DNA from: an uncultured bacterium
GTDB lineage: Bacteria > Actinomycetota > Coriobacteriia > Coriobacteriales > Coriobacteriaceae
Direction: 5' to 3'
Length of the DNA stretch: 64,000 nt
NCBI GenBank assembly: GCA_905214525.1
Contig: CAJMMN010000006.1
Location: 19,051-83,050, forward strand
The notes under the pieces are model-generated. The model searched no databases, was not told the DNA's origin, and worked only from the letters and a program-made list of their open reading frames with translations. The position numbers and the translations under genes were made by a program. Of the stretch, positions 9,419 to 18,414 are shown one piece after another. Each line of letters opens with the position of its first letter. Position 1 is the stretch's first letter.

Positions 9419-9545
9419 GGGGGCTCTGACCTTTAGTTTTGTAAACATTCCGCAGCGCGAGCCCCGCTTATCCGATGCTCCGAAGGAGCAGGATAAGCGG
9501 GGCTCATGCGCGAGGACGTTTACAAAACTAAAGGTCAGAGCCCCC
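9419..9545. repeat. Nested palindrome: perfect 28-bp outer arms and 13-bp inner arms
   Basis: GGGGGCTCTGACCTTTAGTTTTGTAAAC at 9419-9446 is the exact reverse complement of 9518-9545. Inner arms GCCCCGCTTATCC / GGATAAGCGGGGC. Lies 10 nt downstream of the esterase stop. Confidence 0.9.
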
Positions 9546-9555
9546 GATGGGATGG

Positions 9556-10893
9556 TTACCTCGAAACCCTGGCCGACCACTCCCAGCAGCCCACCGGCTC
9601 GCCGTCGATGAGTACGTTGCCCCCGTCGAAGTCTTGATAACACAGGTCGTTGAATTGGTGGATCCACACGCCGTGGTTGAACGTCTTTTTGGCCGAGCCG
9701 TCGGCCTCGCGATACACGCCGGTCAGGTCCTCGACATGGCTAAAGTAGGTGAGATGCACGTTGGCGCCGGCACCGCGCAGGCGCGCGAACAGCGGCAGCA
9801 CGGTCTGTTGCGGGTGCACGAGCTCGTCGCCCTTGGAGTGCGTAAACCACAGCGGCGTCTTGGCGAGCGCGGCCACGTCCTTGTCCGTGGCGTTGTACCA
9901 CGGGGCGCAGCAGGGAAGGCCCGCGGCGAAGAAATCGGGGTAGTCGGCGCACAGGCGCAGGGTCATAAAGCCGCCGTTGGAAAGACCGGCGACCACGATG
10001 CGGTCGGTGTCGATGCGGTCGGCATGCTCGGCGACAAACTCGTCGATAAGCGCCTTGAGCACGGAGGAGTAGATGCTCTGGTTGGAGCGACCGAGTTGCT
10101 CGACGCCGTTGTCCATCCAAAACGTGGGCGACTGCGGCACGAGCACCCAGGCAAAGCCGCCAAAGTAGCGCTGGATCTGCGCCTGACTAATGGCCGTCAC
10201 GCGGTTGCCGATATAGGCGCGCGTAGCGCCTTCGCCTTGCGTGGCGCCCTTGCCCTCGCCGGCGCCGTGCAGATACACCACGAGCGGTGCCTTTTGGGGT
10301 ACGACCGTCGCCTCGGGCGCGAAGGGATTGAAGCAGGCCGAGTCCTCTGCCTTAAAGCTGGGCTCAAAGAAGCCGTATTCGAGCGCGATGCCGTCGACGG
10401 CGGTCTTTTGCGTGGCGTTGCTCCAGCCTTTCAGCGCGGGGCAGATATCGCCACGGCAGGTGTCGAAGACCAGGCCGCAGGTGGGATCGTCGCCGTCGTT
10501 GCCGGGAAGAGCTGTGAGCTGCGTGATGCGCAGCTGGTCATCGAGCATGCGCGAGCCCATGACGCCGCCTTCGATGGTCTTGGTCAGGCGCTGCTCGGCG
10601 ACCTCGAGCGCCACATGGGTGCCCACGGCGAGCTTACGTCCGTTCTCGTCGCACGGATATGCGGCGAGAATGTCGATGTAACCCACGGAGGGCGCGGCAT
10701 GGTCGGCGCCGCGCTCCTTGCGCATCAGAACCTCGCCCGAGCGCTCGTGACGCTCTACATATATATGGAAGGTGTTCGCGTCGATGTCGTTGGCGCGCAC
10801 GGTGCAGGGCAGGTCGAGTACGACCTTGCTGATCCAGGGGCCAAAGTCGCCCAAGGTGGTGACGGTTGCGTAGGTACACAATTTGAGCTCCAT
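9556..10893 (-). CDS. Alpha/beta-hydrolase (esterase / S9-like serine hydrolase)
   Basis: GLSNGG nucleophile elbow and HGAGEG oxyanion-type region. Start set at ATG 10893 (MELKL), preceded by GGGAGG. The upstream 40 codons of the ORF cover AT-rich promoter DNA. Confidence 0.7.
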   Translation of the reverse strand: MELKLCTYATVTTLGDFGPWISKVVLDLPCTVRANDIDANTFHIYVERHERSGEVLMRKERGADHAAPSVGYIDILAAYPCDENGRKLAVGTHVALEVAEQRLTKTIEGGVMGSRMLDDQLRITQLTALPGNDGDDPTCGLVFDTCRGDICPALKGWSNATQKTAVDGIALEYGFFEPSFKAEDSACFNPFAPEATVVPQKAPLVVYLHGAGEGKGATQGEGATRAYIGNRVTAISQAQIQRYFGGFAWVLVPQSPTFWMDNGVEQLGRSNQSIYSSVLKALIDEFVAEHADRIDTDRIVVAGLSNGGFMTLRLCADYPDFFAAGLPCCAPWYNATDKDVAALAKTPLWFTHSKGDELVHPQQTVLPLFARLRGAGANVHLTYFSHVEDLTGVYREADGSAKKTFNHGVWIHQFNDLCYQDFDGGNVLIDGEPVGCWEWSARVSR

Positions 10894-11383
10894 GAGCTGC
10901 CTCCCTTGCGCCGCTAGTGGGAAACAAAAGCGGCAATACAATCTAAACATGTTTAGTTTAATGCAGAATTGCAGAACGAGCAGATGAACTCGGTAAACGG
11001 CAAAATTGAACACGCCATGAACTACTAAACATTTGTTTACTAGCTTCTAGCAGGGCTTCTGTTGATGAGCTAACAGATCAGTGAGGTGTTCATCAAAATA
11101 AAATCCCACGTAAATGGCTATATATCAATAGATGGTCAAAGAGACCATCTCCCGCCACTCAAATACGTTCACCCCCGATTTCCTACCGTTCACCGGACTG
11201 TAGACGGCAAAATTGCCATAAATTCGGCGCTCCGTGTAAACTAAAGCCCGTAAACGTTCAGTAAACACCTTGTTTACGACAGCGTATCCAAGGGTCCGGC
11301 AACCGTAAGGGGTTATAGTCGCCGGGCCAAAGGCGTGCCTAAGCCCAAGGGGGCTGGCACACGAAGATATGGGGAGGGGTCCC

Positions 11384-12811
11384 ATGGCAGTAGATAACAA
11401 GCAGATTGCCACCGATGTCCTCGAGCTCGTGGGCGGTGCGGAGAATGTTTCCGTTGCCACCAACTGCATGACGCGCCTGCGTCTGACGCTCAAGGATAAC
11501 AGCAAGGCCGACGTGGAGAAGATCAAGAAGGTCAAGGGTGTTCTGGGTTGCCAGTTTGCCGGCAGCCAGCTCCAGGTCATCATTGGCCAGAACGTGCCCA
11601 AGGTGCTCGCCGAGTTCGTCGCAATGTCCGGCGTCAAGCAGGGTGAGGCCGTCAACGAGAACCTCGACGCTCCCAAGGAGAAGTTCGAGCTCAAGAACCT
11701 GCCCAACATCATCCTCGACTATCTGTCGGGCTCCATGACCCAGCTCATCCCGCTGCTCATGGCCGGCGGTCTGTTCCGCACCATCGCGGCCGTCCTCGGC
11801 CCCACCATGCTCGGTGTGCTCTCGGCCGACGACCCGACCTACACGTTCCTCTACACCACCCTGTACGAGGCAACGTTTACCTTTATCCCCATCTACCTGG
11901 GCTATGCCGCCGCTAAGAAGCTCGGCGCCAGCCCCGTGCTCGGCATGCTGCTCGGTGGCGCCCTCATGGCTCCTTCCGTGGTGAGCGTCGCAACCCAGGA
12001 GGGCGGCGGAATCATCTCCGTCTACGGCATCCAGATCGCCGCTGCCAACTACCAGCAGTCCGTCCTGCCGATCATCCTTTCGGTGCCCGTCCTGTACTTC
12101 ATCGAGAAGTTCTTTAAGAAGGTTATGCCCGACGTGCTGTCCACGGTCTTCACGCCGTTCTGCACCATGATCGTCACGATCCCCATTGCCTTCATCGTCC
12201 TCGCTCCGATCGGCAACGAGATCGGTACGCTGATCGCCAACGCCCTCTTCGGCCTTGCTGACCTTGGCGGCATCGGCATCCTGATCGTCATGGCCATCCT
12301 CGGCGCCTTCTGGCAGCTCTTCGTGGTCTGCGGCATGCACATGCCCGTCATCCTGCTCGCCCAGGTTCAGATCATCGCTGCCGGTTACGATCCCTTCGTC
12401 TTCGTTTCCACCAACTGCGCTATGGCCGCTGTCTGGGGCTGCGCCTTCGGTGCCTTCCTCAAGATGAAGAACCCCGACGAGAAGTCTCTCGCCATCGGTT
12501 ACGTCATCTCCGCCATCGCCGGCGGCGTCACCGAGCCCGCGCTCTTCGGCATCCTCATGCGCTTCCGTCGCACCATGTTTGGCATGTTCATCGGCGGTGC
12601 TATCGGCGCTGTGTTCTCCGGCCTCATGGGGGTTACCTACTACCTCGCAGGCGGTGCGTCCAACTTCCTGGTCTTCACCAACTACCTGCAGGGTGGCCAG
12701 ATGAACACCGTCTGGGCTATCGTTGGTATGGCAATCTCCTTTGTCATCGCCGCTGCCGTCGTCTTTGCCTGCGGCTTCTCCAAGGAGGAACTCGCCGAGA
12801 TGGAGGCCTAA
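11384..12811 (+). CDS. PTS EIIBC component, glucose/beta-glucoside superfamily
   Basis: EIIB motif VATNCMTRLRL with the phospho-Cys, followed by a polytopic EIIC domain. RBS GGGGAGGGG lies 5 nt before ATG 11384. Confidence 0.85.
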   Translation: MAVDNKQIATDVLELVGGAENVSVATNCMTRLRLTLKDNSKADVEKIKKVKGVLGCQFAGSQLQVIIGQNVPKVLAEFVAMSGVKQGEAVNENLDAPKEKFELKNLPNIILDYLSGSMTQLIPLLMAGGLFRTIAAVLGPTMLGVLSADDPTYTFLYTTLYEATFTFIPIYLGYAAAKKLGASPVLGMLLGGALMAPSVVSVATQEGGGIISVYGIQIAAANYQQSVLPIILSVPVLYFIEKFFKKVMPDVLSTVFTPFCTMIVTIPIAFIVLAPIGNEIGTLIANALFGLADLGGIGILIVMAILGAFWQLFVVCGMHMPVILLAQVQIIAAGYDPFVFVSTNCAMAAVWGCAFGAFLKMKNPDEKSLAIGYVISAIAGGVTEPALFGILMRFRRTMFGMFIGGAIGAVFSGLMGVTYYLAGGASNFLVFTNYLQGGQMNTVWAIVGMAISFVIAAAVVFACGFSKEELAEMEA

Positions 12812-12852
12812 GGCCAAACCGTTCGGTCACATATGACCTCACCTACACGACA

Positions 12853-12890
12853 GGGCCCCGTCAGGCGTAAGCCCGGCGGGGCCCTTCTTG
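12853..12890 (+). terminator. Hairpin after PTS EIIBC
   Basis: GGGCCCCG..CGGGGCCC followed by TTCTTG. Confidence 0.5.
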
Positions 12891-13013
12891 CAAGGTAGAC
12901 TGATGGGGCGGACGGGATTCGCCCGCGAGGGTTTGCCAAGCGGCAGGGGCTTTCGCACGGGGTTACCGCGAAAGCCCCCGGCGGTTCGCAAATCCTTTAT
13001 CAAACGAAAGGAC

Positions 13014-14333
13014 ATGCAGATGAGTTTGGGAAAGCTGACCGTCAACGGTCGCCAGGACGGCTTTTTGTGCGAGGGCAAACCGTTCTTCTGGTTTGCCGAT
13101 ACGTGCTGGAGCGCATTTACGAGCATTGCCGAGGATGACTGGGACTACTACCTGACCCGCCGTGCCGAGCAGGGCATGAATGTGCTGCAGATCAACACGC
13201 TGCCGCAGTGGGACCGCTGCTGCCCCGACCTGGGCATTTGGCCCTATGCCAGCGAGGACGGCGTGCACTTTGATTGGTCCCGTCCCAACCAGGCATATTG
13301 GGACCGCGCCGCCGCCATGTGCCGTGCTGCCGTCGAGCACGGCATCCGTCCGGCGCTCGTGCTTATGTGGTGCAACTACGTGCCCGGTACCTGGGGTGCC
13401 AAGATCGCCGAGCGTTGCGGCGCCGAGGTTATGCCGCGTGAGGAGGTCCGTGCCCACGTTGCCCGCGTCGTCGAGAACCTGGGCGAGTTCAACCCCGTCT
13501 ACGTGGTGACGGGCGATACCGACTTTGCCGGCGACGAGGCGATCGCCTATTACGAGGACGCGCTCGACGAGGTCGTCAAGCGCGCGCCCGAGGCGCTGCG
13601 CACCATGCATATCAACCGCGCCAATCGCACCATTCCGGCGCAGTATCTGGACCGTCTGGACTTTTATATGTTCCAGCCCGGCCACAACTACGAGGGCCAG
13701 CCCGAGGCATGGCGTCTGCCGCAGGACTTTATCGCCAACTACCCTAAAAAGCCGATGGTCAACTCTGAGCCTTGTTACGAGCAGATGGGTGCGTCGCGCA
13801 ATGTGTACTGGCGCTTCACCGCGCAGGATTGCCGCGCGAGCGTATGGTCGTCGATTCTTGCCGGCGCCGGTGCCGGCGTAACTTACGGCGCACACGGCGT
13901 TTGGAACTGGCAGACATCGCGCAGCCAAGGCTCGGTGCTGGGCGAGGGCTTCGACATGCCGTTCCGCTGGCAAGAGTGCCTGCAGTTTGCGGGCGTGTGG
14001 GACTTTGGCGCGATTGAGCATGTGCTTGCCGGCCTGGGTGCCACGGCTGCCGACGACGCGCTTGCCGTGGTTCCGGCGCAGGAGCTGCTCGATGACGCGC
14101 GCGAGGCCATTCGTGTGGCGCGCGTTGGCGATCGCGTCGTCACGTACCTGCCGCGCACCACGGCGCTCAAGTTTAAGCTCGACGGCGCGCGCGGCTGGAC
14201 GGCGACGGTCCTCGACATGGAGGACAAGCGCATCGCCAAGCTGCCCGTCCGCGATAACGGTGACGGCACCGTGCGCGTGGCTCAGCATCCCTTTGAGCAC
14301 GACGCTCTGGTGATCCTGGCCCCCGGGCGCTAA
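13014..14333 (+). CDS. DUF4038 / GH140-like glycoside hydrolase
   Basis: GKPFFWFADTCWSAFT...AEQGMNVLQINTL is typical of DUF4038 TIM-barrel hydrolases. Start set at ATG 13014 after GAAAGGA. Confidence 0.6.
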   Translation: MQMSLGKLTVNGRQDGFLCEGKPFFWFADTCWSAFTSIAEDDWDYYLTRRAEQGMNVLQINTLPQWDRCCPDLGIWPYASEDGVHFDWSRPNQAYWDRAAAMCRAAVEHGIRPALVLMWCNYVPGTWGAKIAERCGAEVMPREEVRAHVARVVENLGEFNPVYVVTGDTDFAGDEAIAYYEDALDEVVKRAPEALRTMHINRANRTIPAQYLDRLDFYMFQPGHNYEGQPEAWRLPQDFIANYPKKPMVNSEPCYEQMGASRNVYWRFTAQDCRASVWSSILAGAGAGVTYGAHGVWNWQTSRSQGSVLGEGFDMPFRWQECLQFAGVWDFGAIEHVLAGLGATAADDALAVVPAQELLDDAREAIRVARVGDRVVTYLPRTTALKFKLDGARGWTATVLDMEDKRIAKLPVRDNGDGTVRVAQHPFEHDALVILAPGR

Positions 14334-14376
14334 CGGCTCTTCTCCAACATTTACAACCCAGTCCCTTTCATTAGGC

Positions 14377-14462
14377 TGCGACGGAATGGTTCCTGCATGA
14401 CGGCTTTAAGCTGCCAAGGGGAGCCATTCCGTCGCACTCATTGGGGACGTGCTTAAATGAGT
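14377..14462. repeat. 17-bp inverted repeat (TGCGACGGAATGGTTCC / GGAGCCATTCCGTCGCA) followed by a Family A hairpin
   Basis: Lies between the convergent GH140-like gene and mgtA. Probably a bidirectional terminator zone. Confidence 0.7.
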
Positions 14463-14522
14463 GGTTTAACTTGAGACGGGACTTTTTGACCGCCTGATGG
14501 GTCGCGCGCCACAATTCGGGCG

Positions 14523-17291
14523 CTACAGTAGCTCGCCGTGGCGGGCAATGTAGCGGCGCTTTGCCAGCTGGGTGAGCGCGATGTAGGCGGCGACGATGCC
14601 GATGAGCAGCGCGAAAAAGCTCGGCGGCAGCGGCATGAGGCCCAGCGCATCGGCGATGGGGCTTGCCGGCAGCCAGGTGACGAGTGCCAGACCCAGCACG
14701 GTGAGGGCGCACAGCGCGGGCGCGGCGTGGTCGCGCGGGCTCGGCAGGCGCGGGGAGCGCAGCATATGGATCACGAGCGTCTGTGACCACATGGACTCGA
14801 CAAACCATCCGCTCTGGAAGAGCGCCGCAAAGGCCGCCATGCCTGCGACGTTGCCCGCGGCGGCAAGCTCTGCCCAGCTCGCGCCCACGGTTGCGGGGCA
14901 CACCACAAAGAAGAGGACGACGAAGGTCGCGATGTCAAACAGCGAGCTCACGGGGCCCAGCTCGAGCATAAAGCCCCTAATGGACGTGGCATCCCAGGCG
15001 CGCGGGCGGGCAGTCCAGGCGTCGTCGACGGTGTCCCACGGCAGCGCGATGCACACGATCTCGTAGACCAGCGACAGCAGCACCAACTGCAGAGCGCTCA
15101 TGGGCAAGAATGGCAAGAACAGGCTCGCGACGGTCACGGATAGCACGTTGCCAAAGTTGGAGCTCACCGTGGTCTTGAGGTACTTGAGCAGGTTGCCGTA
15201 GGTGCGGCGGCCTTCGATGATGCCGCGCTCGAGCACGCCCAGGTCTTTCTGGAGCAAGATGATATCGGCGGATTCCTTGGCGATGTCGACGGCCGAATCG
15301 ACCGAGATGCCGCAGTCGCTCGCACGCATGGCGGCGGCGTCGTTGATGCCGTCGCCCATAAAGCCCACGGTGTGGTCGAGCAGCTCACGCATGACGCGCA
15401 CCAGACGCGCCTTCTGCAGCGGCGAGAGCTTGGCGAAGAGGTGGGTGTTCTCGGCGCGTTCGGCAAGCTCGGCGTCGTCGAGCGCATCGATCTCGGAGCC
15501 GAGCAAGACGTTGCTCGCGTCGATGCCGATCTGCTCGCAAACGGTGGCGGCGACACGGTCGTTGTCGCCGGTCAGAACCTTGACCGCCACGCCCTTGGCT
15601 TCGAGGGTAGCGACGGCGCCCGCGGCACTTGCTTTGGGCGGATCGAGGAAGGCCAAAAAGCCCATCAGCACCATGTCGCACTCGTCAGCGATGCCAAACT
15701 CGCCCACGCAGCGCGGATTGGTCTTCTGCGCCACGGCAATCACGCGCAGGCCCTCGGCGTTGAGCCCGGCGACCTGCTTGCGAATCTGGGCGAGCTTGTC
15801 TTCGGTGAGCGGCTGGGCGGCGCCATCGACCTCGATAAAGGAGCAGATCTCGAGCATTTCCTCGGCAGCTCCCTTGGTAACCATCTGGGTTTTGCCCTGG
15901 GCGTCGGCGACAACGACGCTCAGGCGACGGCGCGAGAAATCGAAGGGCACCTCGTCGATCTTGGTATAGCGGTCGCGCAGGCTCTGGCCCAGCATGGAGC
16001 CGGGTGCTGTGGCCGAGGGCGTCACGTCGGCGCGGTCGATGACGGCCAGGTCGATAAGGTTCTTGAGGCCGGTCTGGAAGAAGCTGTTCAAAAACGCATG
16101 GCGCAGTACGCGCACGTCCTCGTTGCCGTCGGTGTTGAGGTAGCGCTCGAGCACGATGCGGTCTTCGGTGAGGGTGCCGGTCTTGTCGCAGCACAGGACG
16201 TCCATCGCGCCGAGGTTTTGGATCGCCGGCAGTTCCTTGACGATAACCTGGCGACGGGCGAGGTCCTTGGCGCCCTGCGACAGGCTCGTGGTCACGATGA
16301 CGGGAAGCATCTGCGGCGTGATGCCCACGGCCACGCTCGTGGCGAATAGCAGCGCGTCGATGACGTTGCCCTTGGTGGCGGCGTTGATGGCAAAGACGGC
16401 CGGCGCCATAACGAGCATGAGGCGTACGAGCAGCATGGAGACGCTCGAGACGCCGCGGTCAAACGCGCTCTTCTCGCCGTGCCCGTTGAGCATCTTGGCG
16501 ATGCCGCCCAGGTAGGTGTCCGAGCCGGTGGCAACGACAAGCGCCATTGCAGTGCCGTTTTGCACGGAGGTGCCGGTAAAGACGATGTTCTTGCAGGCGG
16601 AGAGTGGCAGCGCGGAGCCGTTGGCACCCTCGACGACCGCGGCGGAAGCGGTCTTCTCGACGGCGTTGCTCTCGCCGGTGAGTGCGGACTCGATCGCAAA
16701 CAGATCGCGCGCGGTGATGATACGGGCGTCGGCCGGCACCATATCGCCGGCAGAGAGGCGGATCACATCGCCGGGGACGAGCTCGTCGAAGGGGATCTCG
16801 AGGCGCTCGCCGTCGCGCAGAGCGCAGCAGGTGTTGGAGACCAGGTCCTTGAGGGCCTCGGCCGCATTGCCGCTGCGGGCTTCCTGGATAAACTTCATGC
16901 CGCCCGATACCAGCAGCATGATGCCGATGACGATGACCGTGGAGGGGTCGCGCTGCGGCTCGGGCACGGCGAGCACGTCGATATAGAGCGAGACCAGTGC
17001 GAGCGCGGCGAGGATGCCGGCGAAGGGATCGATGAATGCGTCGGCGATGCGGCGGGCGAGCGTCTTGGTCGGCGCCTCGATGGTGTTGGGGCCGACCGCG
17101 CTCAGGCGCTCGGCGGCGTGCTCGGCGGTGAGTCCGCCAGCCGTGGCGTCGAGCAGCACGAGGGCGTCCTCGGCGCTATGGGTGGCGGCGAATATGGTGT
17201 TCTTGGACAGGCCGGCGTGAGCGGCAGGGCGCGCCGTGCGGCGGCGCTTGGAGATAGCTTCGAGTACCGTGGCGGTTTTGAGCATCAGCAT
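14523..17291 (-). CDS. mgtA: Magnesium-importing P-type ATPase
   Basis: DKTGTLT phosphorylation motif, TGDN, GDGINDAAAMRASDCGISV. 922 aa with 10 predicted TM segments. Overall MgtA/MgtB-like layout. Confidence 0.9.
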   Translation of the reverse strand: MLMLKTATVLEAISKRRRTARPAAHAGLSKNTIFAATHSAEDALVLLDATAGGLTAEHAAERLSAVGPNTIEAPTKTLARRIADAFIDPFAGILAALALVSLYIDVLAVPEPQRDPSTVIVIGIMLLVSGGMKFIQEARSGNAAEALKDLVSNTCCALRDGERLEIPFDELVPGDVIRLSAGDMVPADARIITARDLFAIESALTGESNAVEKTASAAVVEGANGSALPLSACKNIVFTGTSVQNGTAMALVVATGSDTYLGGIAKMLNGHGEKSAFDRGVSSVSMLLVRLMLVMAPAVFAINAATKGNVIDALLFATSVAVGITPQMLPVIVTTSLSQGAKDLARRQVIVKELPAIQNLGAMDVLCCDKTGTLTEDRIVLERYLNTDGNEDVRVLRHAFLNSFFQTGLKNLIDLAVIDRADVTPSATAPGSMLGQSLRDRYTKIDEVPFDFSRRRLSVVVADAQGKTQMVTKGAAEEMLEICSFIEVDGAAQPLTEDKLAQIRKQVAGLNAEGLRVIAVAQKTNPRCVGEFGIADECDMVLMGFLAFLDPPKASAAGAVATLEAKGVAVKVLTGDNDRVAATVCEQIGIDASNVLLGSEIDALDDAELAERAENTHLFAKLSPLQKARLVRVMRELLDHTVGFMGDGINDAAAMRASDCGISVDSAVDIAKESADIILLQKDLGVLERGIIEGRRTYGNLLKYLKTTVSSNFGNVLSVTVASLFLPFLPMSALQLVLLSLVYEIVCIALPWDTVDDAWTARPRAWDATSIRGFMLELGPVSSLFDIATFVVLFFVVCPATVGASWAELAAAGNVAGMAAFAALFQSGWFVESMWSQTLVIHMLRSPRLPSPRDHAAPALCALTVLGLALVTWLPASPIADALGLMPLPPSFFALLIGIVAAYIALTQLAKRRYIARHGELL

Positions 17292-17375
17292 AGGGTCCTC
17301 CTTGTTGAAGGGAGTTAGCGTACGTGTCGTATGTGCTTCAAAAAACCTAGATGTCGCTCACGTCATGCTCGCGAG

Positions 17376-17408
17376 CTACCACAAAGGGGACGGGCACCTT
17401 TGTGGTGG
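17376..17408. repeat. Family E palindrome (CTACCACAAAGG-N9-CCTTTGTGGTGG) in the mgtA leader
   Basis: Same motif as at 58211, 59078 and 59882. Confidence 0.85.
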
Positions 17409-17431
17409 TTTTGACGGTCGGCTGTTGGCGC

Positions 17432-17503
17432 TTATGCGTGTGCGGAATCCTCGCGGCGTGCCGAGGGCGACATGCAGGTTTTTCGACTATGACTGCCTTC
17501 CAT
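17432..17503 (-). CDS. Candidate 23-aa leader peptide in the mgtA 5' leader (MEGSHSRKTCMSPSARREDSAHA)
   Basis: AAGGAGG lies 6 nt upstream of the ATG, and the ORF sits about 140 nt upstream of mgtA on the same strand. No homology evidence. Confidence 0.25.
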   Translation of the reverse strand: MEGSHSRKTCMSPSARREDSAHA

Positions 17504-17727
17504 GGCACACCTCCTTAAGGCCGGGCGCGGCGCGCTTTGGGTATCTCGTACCCGTTACAATCCGCCCGTATTCTTGATGAGGGGGTTTGTCGTGTCAACC
17601 CCTTTGTTTGGAAAACCATTGCCCCTGACAAAGCCTTTACAGAATGCCGAGGCCCCAAAGCGCGCCCGCAACGCGCCCTGCCTGCGCTAAACTGGAAGGC
17701 ACGTACGCGATTACGAGAGGAGCCCGC

Positions 17728-18411
17728 ATGGAGGCTTACAAGCAAGAGTTCATCAAGTTCATGGTTGAGTCCGACGTTCTTAAATTCGGCAGCTTTACGC
17801 TCAAGAGCGGCCGTCAGTCCCCGTTCTTTATGAACGCCGGCGCCTATGTGACGGGCTATCAGCTCAAGAAGCTGGGCGAGTATTACGCCCAGGCCATCCA
17901 CGATAACTTTGGCGACGACTTTGACGTGCTGTTTGGACCGGCCTACAAGGGTATTCCGCTGGCCGTCGTGACCGCAATTGCCTACCACGAGCTGTACGGC
18001 AAGGAGGTCAAGTACTGCTGCGATCGCAAGGAGGCCAAGGACCACGGCGCCGACAAGGGCAACCTGCTGGGCTACGAGCCCCAGGACGGCGACCGCGTGG
18101 TCATGGTCGAGGACGTCACCACCAGCGGTAAGTCCATCGACGAGACCTATCCCAAGGTCAAGGCTGCTGCCGATGTCGAGATCAAGGGCCTCATCGTGTC
18201 CCTCAACCGCATGGAGGTCGGCAAGGGTGGCGTGACCACCGCGCAGAAGGAGATCGAGGCCAAGTACGGTTTCCCCGTCGCGAGCATCGTCTCCATGGCC
18301 GAGGTCGTCGAGACCCTCTACAACCACGAGATCGACGGCAAAGTCGTCATCGACGACGAGCTCAAGGCCGCTATCGACGCCTATTACGAGCAGTACGGAG
18401 CTCGGGAGTAG
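17728..18411 (+). CDS. pyrE: Orotate phosphoribosyltransferase
   Basis: MEAYKQEFIKFMVESDVLKFGSFTLKSGRQSPFFMN and the PRPP loop VVMVEDVTTSGKS. RBS GAGAGGAG precedes ATG 17728. Confidence 0.9.
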   Translation: MEAYKQEFIKFMVESDVLKFGSFTLKSGRQSPFFMNAGAYVTGYQLKKLGEYYAQAIHDNFGDDFDVLFGPAYKGIPLAVVTAIAYHELYGKEVKYCCDRKEAKDHGADKGNLLGYEPQDGDRVVMVEDVTTSGKSIDETYPKVKAAADVEIKGLIVSLNRMEVGKGGVTTAQKEIEAKYGFPVASIVSMAEVVETLYNHEIDGKVVIDDELKAAIDAYYEQYGARE

Positions 18412-18414
18412 GTA

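Noticed and set aside
9547-14300. Antisense ORFs 9547-10917 (+), 11339-12817 (-) and 12963-14300 (-)
   Set aside because: They are opposite the esterase, PTS EIIBC and GH140-like genes, which carry recognisable catalytic motifs. The antisense products are repetitive G/A/R/D/V/H-rich and have no RBS-supported starts.
17292-17640. M-box or enterobacterial-type Mg2+ riboswitch upstream of mgtA
   Set aside because: I could not recognise conserved M-box sequence blocks or an mgtL-like Pro-rich peptide by eye. Only a generic uORF and a repeat-family hairpin are visible. A covariance-model scan is needed before any riboswitch call.
17582-17727. PyrR-type attenuator upstream of pyrE
   Set aside because: A weak hairpin plus T-run exists (GGGGTT-N9-AACCCC-TTTGTTT), but the PyrR-binding consensus (xGUCCAGAGAGGxU) is absent. 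Only ACGAGAGGAG, overlapping the RBS, is vaguely similar.
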